Assembly: GCA_973895155.1 (NCBI GenBank)
Contig: OZ316892.1
Location: 28,172,307-28,236,306 of the forward strand
Source: Marsupella aquatica
Taxonomy: Eukaryota; Plantae; Marchantiophyta
Direction of reading: 5' to 3'
Length of the DNA stretch: 64,000 bases
Below are positions 12,081 through 25,515 of the stretch, piece after piece. The notes beneath the pieces are model-generated. The model saw nothing but the letters and a program-made list of their open reading frames with translations, had not been told where the DNA came from and did not search any database. The position numbers were made by a program, and so were the translations under genes. Each line of letters opens with the position of its first letter. Position 1 is the first letter of the stretch.

Positions 12081-13466
12081 TCATTATTTCCTTTGAGAGT
12101 TGACATTGGTTTTTTCTGCACCACCTTAGAGCAAAAATAAATCAGTTTTGGGCCACGAGGTACATGTGCCCTCTCCTCATGATGTGCCCCTCGCTTCCCT
12201 GGTCATGGCCATAGAAAAGTGTTGGCCCCACTTTTCAAGCCCTCAAAGAAGTTGAAAGAGGAGATGCTTACATTATCCTGAAACCTTGCTTTGTCTCACC
12301 TGTGGGACAAGAAAGTCCAAGTCCACCTTGGAGCTTTGAAAGTCAGGCCGTCAATTATATATTAGAGCGCTAAAAGACAAAAATTCCCAATGGGGAGACA
12401 TGGTCTCATAGGTAAAGCAGCCCAATAAAGGAAAAGGGAGAGGGCCCCAAGACAGTTGACAAGTCAATTTTGGGTCAAGAGACAAAAGCTTAAAAAATTA
12501 CAAGACAAATAGCTTTCAAAGTGAAGCTGTCAGTCTTGGGTCAGGGTATTATATGACGTCAAGAATTTAATTAATTGCAAGAGGAGTTTGACAAGGGGGT
12601 CAATCATTGTGCCATATTGTTTTGGTTTCATCACCTAACTTGGTCCTGTAAAAGAAAGTAAATAGATTGTCTTGTAGTGTTTCAATCTCAAAAGGGTTCA
12701 CATTTGTTGAGAAGATTTGAGGGTTGAGATCATTTTTTTCTGAACTAACTTAAAGCAAGAATAAATTAGTTTGGTACCTGTGCCCTCTCCTCACTGATCA
12801 TGACCTTACCAAGCGTTGGCCCCACTTTTCAAGCCCTGTGAGTAGTTACAAGGGGAGTTGACATCCTCAAGCATTTCCTTGTCCCACCCATGGGAAGAGG
12901 TAACAAGCCACCCATGGAGCTCTGAAAGTCAGCTAGTAAGTCTTGGGTCAATACTATAATTAAGGGTCAAGAAAGTCAAGGCTTTAATTAAATTACAGGA
13001 CAAAGAGCTTTAAATGTGGCTGCCAATCTTGGGTGAACTCTTTCATTGAGGGTCAAGACTTACATAAATTGCATCAAGGTTGTCAATTAATCCTATTCTG
13101 GTTACTTTGGTGAATTGATAAGACTCAAGATCCAGACTAATCAATGTGATTAGCCCATACGAAGCTGCACGCTGCCCACTTCCTGTGATGCAGTATTAGG
13201 TTAAATACTTGGAGTGATTCCTTGTCCTTGTGGTCACCAGCTGCCTGTAGGTTGCATGGTAGAGCTGTTCAGTGGGGCAAGGAGGTCTCGGGTTCAAAAT
13301 CCTGCCAACAAAAGAAGCTTTTGTCATTCACCCCACCCAAAAGTGGGGTTCATTCATACCCTCTTGACACTCAAAAAAATTTGGACTCGCCCGGGCTTGC
13401 ACGGGCAGCTACGTTCGGAAGCTCTTAATGAGCCTGGAGCTTGAGTTTCGTCGTAGATAACTCACT

Positions 13467-13753
13467 TTATCTTGTCCCATTGAGATTTTTGTTGTGTACA
13501 TGTTTGTTTCAATGTGCCTTACACAAGGTGTAACTTTTGTACAATTGGAGGTATCAAAGATATCAAGTTGCCCCAAACCCCAAACTGATAATGAGGGTGG
13601 GTAAAATAAATCTAGAGGTTAGGACAATGTCCAGGACACTAAAATTATAAACATTAAGGGGGGGGGGGGTTACATATTCAAAATCCAATTGTACAAAAGA
13701 TACACCTTGTCAAAGGTACATTGACACAAAAAAACATCAATAGGACAATATAA
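13467..13753. mobile_element. MITE / fold-back element (~290 bp)
   Basis: CAATGTGCCTTACACAAGGTGTAACTTTTGTACAATTGGA pairs with TCCAATTGTACAAAAGATACACCTTGTCAAAGGTACATTG; outer arms TTATCTTGTCCCATTGA / TCAATAGGACAATATAA. Confidence 0.8.
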
Positions 13754-16700
13754 TCTGAATAGTATGAATCATGAATCAAGGTAGTACCTAAACACGGGGT
13801 ACAAGGATTGACTGCCTTTTTAAGCTCTTTGTCTAGTAATTAATTAGGGCATCTCAAAGATGACAATTTGATGGACCTGAATAGTTCTAGGTTATGGACT
13901 CGCAAAGTTACCTACTACTAGTCCATAACCTTTTGCCATAAAGATTGGTCACCTAAATAGTGGATCTCTCAATAGGGCCTAAAAGTAGAGTACAAAGCTA
14001 TAATACAAGCTAGCACGCTTGTCTGTCAACCACAAAGTACTATACCCCTAAGGTACATTGACTTATTAATTATACTTATCTTTCATCAAAAAGTATGGAA
14101 ATTTCTTACTTTAAAGGTGTGCATTTTTATTCCATTTATTTCTTTGAATCATTGTTTTAATACATTTGAATACTCTGCTATAGCAACTATTTGATAAACT
14201 ATATAAATTAATTGGTAATTTACATAGGGTACAATTGACATTATTGTCAATAAGTTTATATAGCTGTGTCTTAAAATAGGTATGTCTTAGAACAAACATG
14301 CTATATCACTGTGGAGGCTAGTGAAAGAAAACTACAAAAACAACTATTCCAAAACCTTGTCAAAAAGTTATGACCATTCCTTTATGGCCATAATTTCAAA
14401 GCTTTGAGACGCCCTCTTGGAGTAGTCTCCTAAATCAACAGCAAAACAATATTAACAAAGATTGACTACAATATGGTACAAAGTCTTGACGGGTAATTCA
14501 AAGCCTTGACCCAGTATTGACGGTCTCACTTCATGACTTCAATGCTCTTCTCCTGTAATTAATTAAAGCCTTCACCCTTAATTCTAGGGGTCTAGGTTTA
14601 TCTCTATCTATTGGGAAACATTCAATCCTACTACTTCACCATTGCCCCTGACCGATAATTAATGGGGTCAAGGTTTGTCTTTGTCTATCTTAAAATATTC
14701 AATCCTACTACTGCTTATATGAGGCCATTGCCATCTCCCTTTGAGATATATCCTTTCCACTCAACCTTGACTTTCAAAACTTAATGTCTTGTAATTTGTT
14801 AAATCCTTGACTCTGCCTCCCACAGTACATCCCGATGACCCCCTCCCCTCTCCAATGTCAACCTCCTTGTGCTGTAATTAATTAAAGCATTTGACCCTTA
14901 ATTAAAGGTCAAGACTTATCTCTTTCTATTTTGAAACACTGAATTATCCTATGGGCCAACATATGGGAGGAAGTGAGAAGGTTTTGTTAGTATAAGATGT
15001 CCAAATGAATGTTGGTACTTCCTTTCAAGAAGGTGAAGGGATAGATGACACATACCTTCATGAAAATGAAATGTTTGAGACTATTATAGTTTAGACACTT
15101 CTAGAATAAGTTAGATGTGTCAAGGGAAAGGGAGGAGGAGTTCCTCAGAAGTGTTGGGGATTTTTAGCTAATAAACACCCTAAAAAATAAAGAAACAAGT
15201 TTTTTTGAACTATTTTTCTACCCCTAAGTATCTTGTTAGAATATTCTTAAAATATTCCAAATTTCATTTCTAAAACCCTATATGTTCTTATAATTCTCAA
15301 AATTGAATTTTAAAAATCCTAATGTTCTTCTACATAAATTTAAAAGTAATATTATCAACCCAATAAACAAACCATATACTTATTTTAGAGTGATGGGTAG
15401 GAAGGAAATAAGTGAAGACCCCAGGACTGACTCTAGATGAGGAAAAAATCTGGCAATCCGTGGTACCGCTCTGCAAGATCTCATGTGGTCATGAAGCAAT
15501 TTACATTCACATGTCTTATGTGGTTCCCAACTAAGTAAGAAGACTTTGTTTACCGTGCCTTGAATTTCTTTGCAGTATGTGCCAACAATGTCTCCAAATC
15601 TACAATTTCTGGCTTAGTGAGGTCAAATGTCTCATCTGCCCACAATACCTCGGAAGCAGGTGCAACTTCAGATGTAGTTACAACTATGCTAATAGGCACC
15701 TCAAATGTCTCACCTAGCCTGATGGAAAACCAAATCCCCTTTAGAGTGAGCCCCCCAAGGAGTCAGTTGCAAATTGGAGTCTACTCAAGGTGTGGCAGAT
15801 AGTCCTTGTTTGGTTTGCACAAGAGACATCACACATTTTTACCTTACAACCTAGGGGTGGCAATTTCCTTCAGTTGTGCAAAACAAACATAGATATGGTT
15901 GACCTTAATATCACACAGTAATGGTCCATCTCGGGACCATTACTGTATCTGTATAATTTCATGTTTTACAAAACACCTCTCCACACACCCTCCTCACCTC
16001 CTTGCGTGCCCTCCGCCTTGCTGTCTGTGCTCTATCATCGTGATGGGAAGGAATCATCTTGGTGGAAGGAATCCTGGCCATATGCTGAAATCTCTTAAAT
16101 TTTGTGTTTTTTCCTCACAATTCGATTGGCCAAACACGCCTTGCATCCTCACTTGCCTTCAGCCTTGTCGTTGGTGGTTCACCTTTGCAGTCCATGCCTT
16201 GAGCTCTGTACAATTGTGCATTTTATCAGAAATTGACATCCAAAACAGACTTTAATTATCCAAAGTGCCAAAACAAAGGTTTAGTTCATCAAATTGCCAA
16301 AAAGCAAAAGGCTCCTAACTGGGAGACATGATACACAGGCAAGAGACCCAATAAAAGGAGAGGAAACAAGGGGAAACCCAAAGGAATACCAAAGAGCAGA
16401 AAAGCCCAAGAGTCCCCAACAACAACAACCAAAAAATGATTGGCTTACTGAAAAACAGACCACCAATAGAAGATAACAAATGAACAGGTGTAGGGTTTAA
16501 TCAGCCGTGCAGTCATAACCCATAAATTAACCAGTACAAGATAACAAATTAACAGGCTTAGGGTTTAATCAGCAGTGAACAAATAACCCATAAATCAAGG
16601 GGGCACCCTTAAACTTAAATCACTTCCAGATTTGAAAATGATCCCAGGGACCTAGCCCATAAACCCATGGACAGTGATACCTTTTACACCTTCACTCATT

Positions 16701-17290
16701 GACATTCTTTCTTGTTTCCAAAACTTTTCAACTGCAAAAGCTTGACCTCAATATCTCCCTTGATATCCTAAGCTCTTCTTGGTGTTGTTAGAAGTGGCTT
16801 GGAAAGACTTTTCCAATCAGTCTAAATTTGTTGTCGACGAACAGGGGGATTTAAGAATGTCTAAAGATTCACATTTCGAAAAGTTTTGGAGCAAGTAACA
16901 TTGACATACAATATATCCCTTGTGATCTGATGGAATCTAACTTTTGTGGGTTCGTTAGAAACAGCTTGAAATGACCAATCCAATAACTAATATCATCAAA
17001 ATTCATTGAGAAGAGAGACCTACAAATTTCCAAACATGACTGTCCAGATGGAAATTTTGGTCGAGATCATAAGCTCAGCATATACCAACCCATTCGCTGC
17101 CATTAGAAATTGAATATTTTGGACAGATTTTTGTGTTCTGCCTGAAAACCTGATAGTGAAATGTAGCTACCTAATGGCGGAAACTAATTTAGTCCCATGC
17201 AGCTCTCTGCATCCTTCCCTCACTCTATTCTTCTCTGGATACTTAAAATGCTCCCGCAAACTATTTAGCCACCAGGTGAGCCAACTGTGA

Positions 17291-20200
17291 CTACTTATAC
17301 TTTGAGCCAACTTTGGCCTCGAACAATGGCTTTTGAGATGAGAACTCTAAGTCTCTTGTGTATATACTTGTAATCGCAAACAGAATCAAAACAAACACCA
17401 CCTGTGCACTCATAATCCCGAAGTGGCTGATGGTTTGACCAATGTCCAACCAGCTTCCTGTATTTCTTACCTGATGGCCAGCGAAGTTCAGCGTCAGGCC
17501 ATTTCAGGACATATGCCAATTTTGTGAAACACTACAGAAGTCTGATGCAGGTGTTGTTGTTTATTAATGGCAAAGAGAGAACTCAAAAGGAACTGCGAAT
17601 GTGCTCAAAAGATAGTATTCCGGGAAGGAACTTACCAGAAAAAAGAAGTGAATTGTCATTACATCCGATAGAAGTAGGACAATAAAATAGCAACCCAGTC
17701 TGGGCAGCATCAGCACCCGTGTTACGGCACTAAAGGCAGATCTGCAATCACAATGCATTTAAGTTTAGCACCCATCATTTCTCTTTGTAAAGAGATACCT
17801 ACATGACACCTGAAAAATTGATTGATAAATGTCATGTTGATGGCCGATTTTTCAGATTGCCAAGAGCATGGATTTTGTCAGATTTGTTTCTATATCCCAA
17901 TTAAATGGTTGGCAGTCAAATGACATCCATAATGTCAAAGAGAGTAATCTAACGTTTGGAACCCCTCCTGAGCTTGAAGCACTTCATCAGGAGGAATAAC
18001 TTACGTCACTAGAATAAATGGTATGAATACTTTGCAGAGAAGTAGACCTCCCATTATAAATGGCTGCAAGTATACAAGGAGAACATCAGAAGATCCACAT
18101 ATGCTGTCTTACTAGCAAGACAAATGTCATAAAAGAACAAAGCATTATTATTTAAAATTGAAGGCGGATGCACAGCACAAGCTTCAAATGGGAAAACCGA
18201 CACTTACATTGAATACTGTGATGAACCGGTAAACAGAGGATATCTCAAAACTAGCCACACTGGCCACGTTTCCCGTTCCAAAGAAGGCGACGTTGATCAA
18301 AACTAGCTGCAAACGTTCGTGTGCTAAAAATCAGTCTTGGCTTAACCGAAGGTGAGCTTGTTGCAGCTTTCCATAAGACGGACGATTAGGCAAAGAAGGT
18401 TCTATTACTATTCAACGCTGGCTTCACGTCAACACCGAATTCGATTATTAGACACTGACAACTTTAAATGTTTGTCAAATATTGTGGTTTGACAGCTCCC
18501 AAAGCCCATGAGATACTTACAAAGCAAAGAGCGACTCTGACATCCATCAGCTTCAAGTGTTGCACTTGTGGAGCTAGGTTTTTGCCCTCCAAATCATGTG
18601 CCTGTAATGACTCTGATGCACCAGAATAGGGTGCTGAAACAGGACTGAATAGAACAGCAGACTCCACGAGGACCCATGATAAAAGTACAGTTGCTAATGC
18701 ACTGTAAAAAAGTCCCTCATATCTGCATGTACCATGATGAGATACTCATTAAGCTGTGCATGAATCTCAGCAAGGCCAGCAAAGAAGCAGACAAAGTTTT
18801 GCAGGTGAATCAGATGGCCTGCAAGAATACACTTTCATGACAAAAGTCGAAAGATTTATCAAGCTCACTTAATGAGGATTTGCCCATAGCTGTCAATTTG
18901 CAACATTCGACGACCGATTATTTGACTGGTGGTGGGAACTATATACAAACCCGATGGAAAGTAGCAAGAAGGAGGGAGCGAATCCCAGATATATCGATGA
19001 GAGTCGAGTGAGCATACTGTGTGATGACTTGAGGGGCAGTAGCACAGATATTCCTGCTCTTCCACACAAGAGAGGAGAGATGAGCTGGGTGGGTAATCCC
19101 ACATAGAAAGCCGTCCAAAATTCGTCAAGCATAACGGTAAAACGGTCTTAACAGGGAACGCCAGCATTGGCAGAACAGTTGCTTACCGGCAATTGACCAG
19201 TTTAACAATTGGTACAACACCGGAAGCTTCCGTTTGTTTTCTCTATGAGATGTCGTGACCCAAACCATCACTGAAGCGGCCACAACCAACAACAACTGCC
19301 ACACACGATGACTTGGAAAGTTTTGTTAGCTGCCAAAGAGAATACATGTATAGAATAACGACGCGCCCCTTTCTAGAACAGTAACCGGGTAAGATCGCAA
19401 ATAAACGTTAGTGACATGCTTTCATAATGTCCAAGAGACGTTCAACCTTTACCTCCTTTTTCTTGAGAGGCTGATGGACAAGGGAGACATACCTGGATTG
19501 AGAATAATTTCCAAGAGTTGTCTGACGTGCGCGCAGGGCCAAATGCCAGAGGTCTCCAAAACTGCTGCCTTGGGACTGTGGAGTCCACCCACCTAGCTAA
19601 TAGAGCTAGAATGACAACAACCAGTCCACTCCCAACTCTGCAAAAGAGGCAACAAGACCAACAATGAAGGGCACTGCATGCATTAAAATGCAAAAGTCGC
19701 GAGCACAAGCTCCCGATGTTTTCCCCCTGTCCTCAGACTCTTCCGCCGAAGATTGATTTTCGGTGAAACGTCACAACAAACTACTAAAGGAACGAGAAAA
19801 GGTGCTCACACAAGGGACGTATTGTCGGAAATCTGTGTTGGCATGAGAGTGAACCCGGAGAGAGACCAACATGCTGCTCCTATGAACGCTGGGACCATTG
19901 AAAGGTCAGGAGTGTTACATGACACAACCACTGCACCAACCACTCCTGCTACCAAAAATACTCCCGTGTAGACTTCTCGCCGGAAAAAACTTAGAACCTG
20001 ATTAACACAAAGAAGAGAATGAGTCAGTTGTTGCTCCACTTTTTTATACTGGGGCTCAATGAAGGACAAGATAACAGCCCCAGATGGAGCTCAGGAGGAC
20101 TAGATTCAGAACCTACATGTAGCATTAAGATGCTGGCACAATAAGTAACCACCCAAATAAACCAACAATAACAACTAAAATTGAATAGACACTGCAATTA

Positions 20201-23200
20201 CTACAGCGAGAACCTCATTTAATGATAACACTTGTATCATCAACAGCAAGACTCACCAGTAGTTCCAGAATGAGGAAGGATACGGTGGTTAGAATGAGTA
20301 ATTTGGCCAGCCCAGATATCTTGATTGAGGCAAGAGCAGAAAATGCTCTTCGGAGACTGGTTAAATCACCCAAGATCTCTATCCAGAAGAACAGCGCCAA
20401 GCCAAGGTACACGTGATAAAGAGGTGGTGATCTTTCAATCAATAGAACCACAGAACACGTTCCCATTAGAAGTCCTCCTGCAATGCGCACCTACATATGC
20501 CAATCTTAATAAACCAAGAGGAACTAGGCAATAGTACAGATTACGTCTATTATACAGATAGCACTTTCAGAACATCATGCAATGTCCGAAAGAAATCTGA
20601 TGACAGAAATATAACACAAGCAAAAGATCACCTCCCCGCACCTGTTGCTTGCTTAACTGCGAGTTCGGCTGCTTCCTGCTCGTGCTTTGATGCAATGTGA
20701 CGGTTGTGTAGGTCTTCAAGACATGAAGAAGAACGTAGAGCATCCAGCCTAAATAGCCCACGACTACTGTTGCCATCAAGAACAGCCAGTCGTACGTCTG
20801 AAAGTAATGAAGCCCTTTGAGAGCAAGAGCAATTAGCTCTTGTCCAGAATGCATGGCAGAATCAAATTGGCCTCGTGCCATTAGTTTGTCAATCTGTTCC
20901 AGAATAAGTTTGTAGTCCACCAATGGCACAAATGGTTTGAAGTATAGAGCCGTACTCTTCTTCAATCCTGTTCCAGCACAGAGTTTTATGTTAAGGGCGG
21001 CGACATGAGAATGTTTGGCATGGAACTAAAGAAAAGACAGTAATTAACTCATGACCCACTGTGGCTAAATCTGCGATGTAACACTAAGGCCCGCATCTCT
21101 TTCATTCAAGTGCGATGTGAATGTGCTTTTAATAATAAATGGCTGGTATGTATAAAAGAGTACCAGACTTGCGGAGGACCTGGTTGAGAATCTGCTTTGC
21201 GTTTGCAAATACTGCTTCTGCTTGCTGACGCTAAATTATCCAGATGCACAACGACGTAGTCAGTTGTCAGTTGTCAGCAGTTCTTAGCAATTCCGTTTGG
21301 GTTCATAGCAAGCACCCTGAAATTGATTGATTGGCAGGAGAAGAATTGGACAATATTATCACAAAATAACGAAATATAAGGAGGAATGCGCCGATGCAAT
21401 ACCTTGTCAAGCGCCAGATAATTTACTGGCAGGATACCCACCGAGTTCAAAGGACATGGCAGTCCAAGAAGTGTGCTCTGGAAGTTCATGATTCACATCA
21501 GTAAAACACAGCAAGTGGTCACCTATCAGAATTATTTTCGGGTAAGTAAGGTCATTGATGCGGGGACAGCTCGCCACAATTATAGCAATAAAACAATACC
21601 ATCAATCATTTTCAAACAAAATTCAGTAGAGACTTTCAGCGAATTTGGGGTAACTTAAAGAGAACTGAGTGCATACCATAAGGGGCGCAATATCAGCCTG
21701 ATTAACGTCCACTCGTTCCACACCCTGCAGGCCCCATTCAGGAGGCGTTTGCATGTGATGAGTGTGTTCGTCAACAAACTTAAAATCATCGTCATCCACA
21801 TAATTTTCGGGGTCTTCTTTGCTTGGGCCTCTTACTCCTGCTCCCCATGCAACTAAAGGAGTCTCAGTACAGTCAGGGTCCCCATCTCCATGGCTACCTG
21901 CAAAGAGAAAAAGGTCTAAGGGTAAGTTTGACCTCCACCGCAGTGATCAAAGCAAGCATACCGTCATACCCCAGGATCACAAGCTATAGAATGCTTGTTC
22001 TTGTTGTTGTTGTTGTTGTTCTTCTTCTAAGCAGCTTAATACAATATTGTGCTATCATGAATTCCTGTGGCAGATTACTTAATTAAAATTAAGTAGATGT
22101 GAACCCTTCTCTTGGTATTATACAATGACTTATTTTAACTATCCACTTTTATCCTTCTTAAGTATCCTTAGTTGTTTTATAACAAACTAAAATGAAATAC
22201 TAAATTACATTCATTCTATATTTCTGTCAAAAGTAGCAATAAATAATGAAAGTAATATATTGCAAAGTGAGGACTTTGAATTGATTGTTTTCAAACGTTG
22301 AATTTAGTGAAAATCATTTAAAACACATGAAAAATCCAGAGCGGCAAATAGGAGATATTAGATCTTGTTACCTTTGTTGCTCATTCCATGATCCGCAGTA
22401 AAAAGGAACGCTGTCTTGCCATCTGGGAAGATCTCTTCCATTAGTTTTACAGTGCTCTCCACTCCTTCATCAACCAGTCTGATGTTATTGAGATAAATAG
22501 GGGAATAGGGACGATGCGCATGCCCGTTTGTGTCACAGCCCAAAAGATGTAGGAAAATGATCAAACCGTCCTCGTCGAGCGATGCCTTCAGATGAGAGTC
22601 CATGCGTGACCTATTCAGCAATTCCCCCAATTTGTCAAAAGACCACTCGTCAAGAAACGATGCATCTGTACAGTATACAACACACCCGGAGTCCAGTGAG
22701 CTTAAATTCTGAATTCTAATGCTTGCAACCATGTGTACTCATGACATATGTTTAAGCTCCATTCCACTCAAACAGAAACTAGATGGGAACTTATGGAAGG
22801 AAAGAGCTAACACTTTAAAGTGAAGGCACTTAATATAATTCATGCAGCGTTGGTCTTTACTGGGAATGGTTAAGGTGCAATGCATTCTTCTTGACCCCTG
22901 AACTGATTCAACTGAGACATACAAACTAATCTCTGGAAGTCTTCAATGTCTTTAATCACAAAGTGAATGAACTCATCTTCATGGGAGCTGAGAACCAACC
23001 TGATGCAAAGTCCTCATACTCATGTGAATAGGAATCCCAGAGGGTATTGCCCAACGCTCCACAGAATATAGGAACAATATCTGGACTACCGTATGAGACT
23101 GTAAGTCGACTTCTGTTGAAAACAGAATCGAACTCCACAGGATTCGCCTTCCAGCCTACAAGCAAGATACCAGCTCATCAAACCTTCTCAGATACAGGAT

Positions 23201-24879
23201 ATGATATAGGTTACATAAAGGAGGGTTTCTTGACATTGAATTATCCGTTGCCAAAGAGATTTTCGAGGTAAACCAACACTCCAGTGGCTCTCTGAAATTA
23301 TCGCTCAGAGACATCATGGGTGCATGGCAATTGAAGAGACCTTTGGTTACTGCACTTGGATCTTCATAAAACCCAGCAATGATTGCCACGTGACCAGGCC
23401 GTGATTCTGTTGGAGGCCTAGCATGTGAAACACCCCAGCGGCCATTGTTATGAATGATACTGTGAAGAAACGGTGCTCTAGGCCTTGAATCAGCCTCCAG
23501 CTCAAAAAACTTGTCCGCTCTCAGACCATCAGCTGCAGAACGTACAAATTACTTTACTTTCAGAAATTACTACATGGGACACCGCACAAACAGCCCAATA
23601 ATAGAACTCAAACCGATTGAACCTTTGTGCTTCCAAATTAAATGGAAATTACTCAACATTTCTCACGGTACCAAGAGAAATAGCAACACGGAAATTTTCC
23701 TGCATATGTTCTGTGCAGTCATTATAGTTCTAACATTATTACGTTTCTATCAAAAGTAACCCTCAAGTTCTATCAAAATTTTGAAATTTCCAAGGATGCT
23801 AGAGTAGTTCTGCACTCTATCCCATTTTCACTTTAATAATTAATTGCATCTCACCCCCAACAAATAGCCATATATTCCACCGAAACCTTTTGAACCTTCC
23901 TGCTACTAGAACATTAAGCAATAATTCATCCTCCACAAAATATCCAAAGAAACAGCGCCAAACATTTTGGTTAAGTTTATGACATATAGATTGTGTATCA
24001 AGATTCTGGCGGGGCCATCCCAGGAGAAACAACACACTTGTGGAAGGATTACAAGAGTGACTTGACTTTGAAGTCCATCGGTGGGCAACTGGAACGGGTG
24101 AAGAAAACGACTAGAGGATGAGACGGCAAGAACTAAGAAAAAGGAAACAACAGAATAAATTCGTAAAAACGAAACTCATGCTGAAGTCAACACGAAGCTA
24201 TGTACAAGTGTGCTCCCGGTCTTTAATTTTCTTACGGAAATGGCCACATGAACCTTCTCCTCGTGGGCAAGGGAATTCTCTCCACGAACTTGAAGCACTA
24301 CAGGTGAAGAAGAAGAAATGCTTCTCATGTAAGATGCTGAAACGACAATGTCGGTACAGATAATTTTCCTGGGCTCCCTGACACAATGCCAAGCATTTCA
24401 CGAGTACGCCCTACCTCAGTCATTTCACCACTGCTCTTTAACAGCTAAGTTTTGTACATAAATCTTGTCAATGAGCTGGTTCATCTCCTGCATCTTCTGT
24501 CTGAGAGTTGAAAATTGTACTCTTCTTTGAATAATTAGGTCTATGCGAACAAACAATTCCGTACCAATTCTTCTCAAATTCTTTCCCTGAGAGATGCGAA
24601 ACACCCAATTCCATGCGGTATGCAAAATTTCAAAGTTCAACAGCAGGTAGGACGTTCAACTTGATCACCACTCTCAGTATCCTAGTTCAAGAATAGCCAG
24701 ACGGAAGGAGTACCAATGAAGAGGACGAGGCGTTTGGCAGGTGCATCGATCCGAGGAGAGACGGGATCCATGCCATGCACGATCGGAGTCTTGAAGTAGA
24801 TATCGAATATGCTCAACATGTATGCCGAATGCAGGACCACGCCAAGCACCACCAGACCCACCTCCCTCTTCCGCACCAT
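17291..24879 (-). CDS. PIGN: GPI ethanolamine phosphate transferase 1 (PIG-N/MCD4), multi-exon
   Basis: Exon 1 [37 protein letters not shown]...[10 protein letters not shown]; exon 2 [10 protein letters not shown]...[30 protein letters not shown]; [16 protein letters not shown]; [18 protein letters not shown]; [11 protein letters not shown]; [12 protein letters not shown]; last exon [28 protein letters not shown]...KYK* ending at 17291. Confidence 0.96.
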
Positions 24880-25293
24880 CTTGCCAGTAAACCCTAAACC
24901 TCTCCTGCTCCAGTTTTATGCAACTCAACTCAACCAAATTCAATTTCAATTCAACTCAGTTCAATTCTCTGCCTTGTTTTCCTCGAAACGAAACTCTCCA
25001 ACCTTTCTCTGTAGCACACTCCAATTTTTATCATCCCGCCCGCATTCACTAGCGGATTTGTGACCATTGAAAGAGAGCAAATCCTCTGATTGAACTTCGA
25101 ATTCTGGTTTCAGTTTACAGAAGCTCATACGCATTACAAGTCTTGGATCGGACAACAATTCAGATCAGACAGTGGACATGGTGTCAGGAAGTTTGCATTA
25201 CACTGTCACATGTGTGTCAGTATGATTGTCCCTAGCGGTTTCCATGTGGCTCATTTACAAAGAGCATCTCCATCTGTTTAGGACCAATAGGCC

Positions 25294-25515
25294 GTGTCAA
25301 AAGAGAGTCATAAATGACATAGGGCAAGGACTTAAAACTCTTTTATGGCGTCAAAAGAGAGTCATAAAGGACATAGGGCAAGGACTTAAAACTCTTTTAT
25401 GGCCAAGACACAACTCCTTATGGACTACCTAAATACATGGCCCAAAAGTGTTCAGCCATAAGACATAACTCTTTACGGACTACCTAAATACACGCCCCAA
25501 AAGTTTTCAACCATA
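25294..25515. repeat. Two adjacent short tandem duplications (~55 bp each) upstream of PIGN
   Basis: GTCAAAAGAGAGTCATAAA.GACATAGGGCAAGGACTTAAAACTCTTTTATGGC twice, then AAGACA.AACTC.TTA.GGACTACCTAAATACA twice. Confidence 0.85.
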
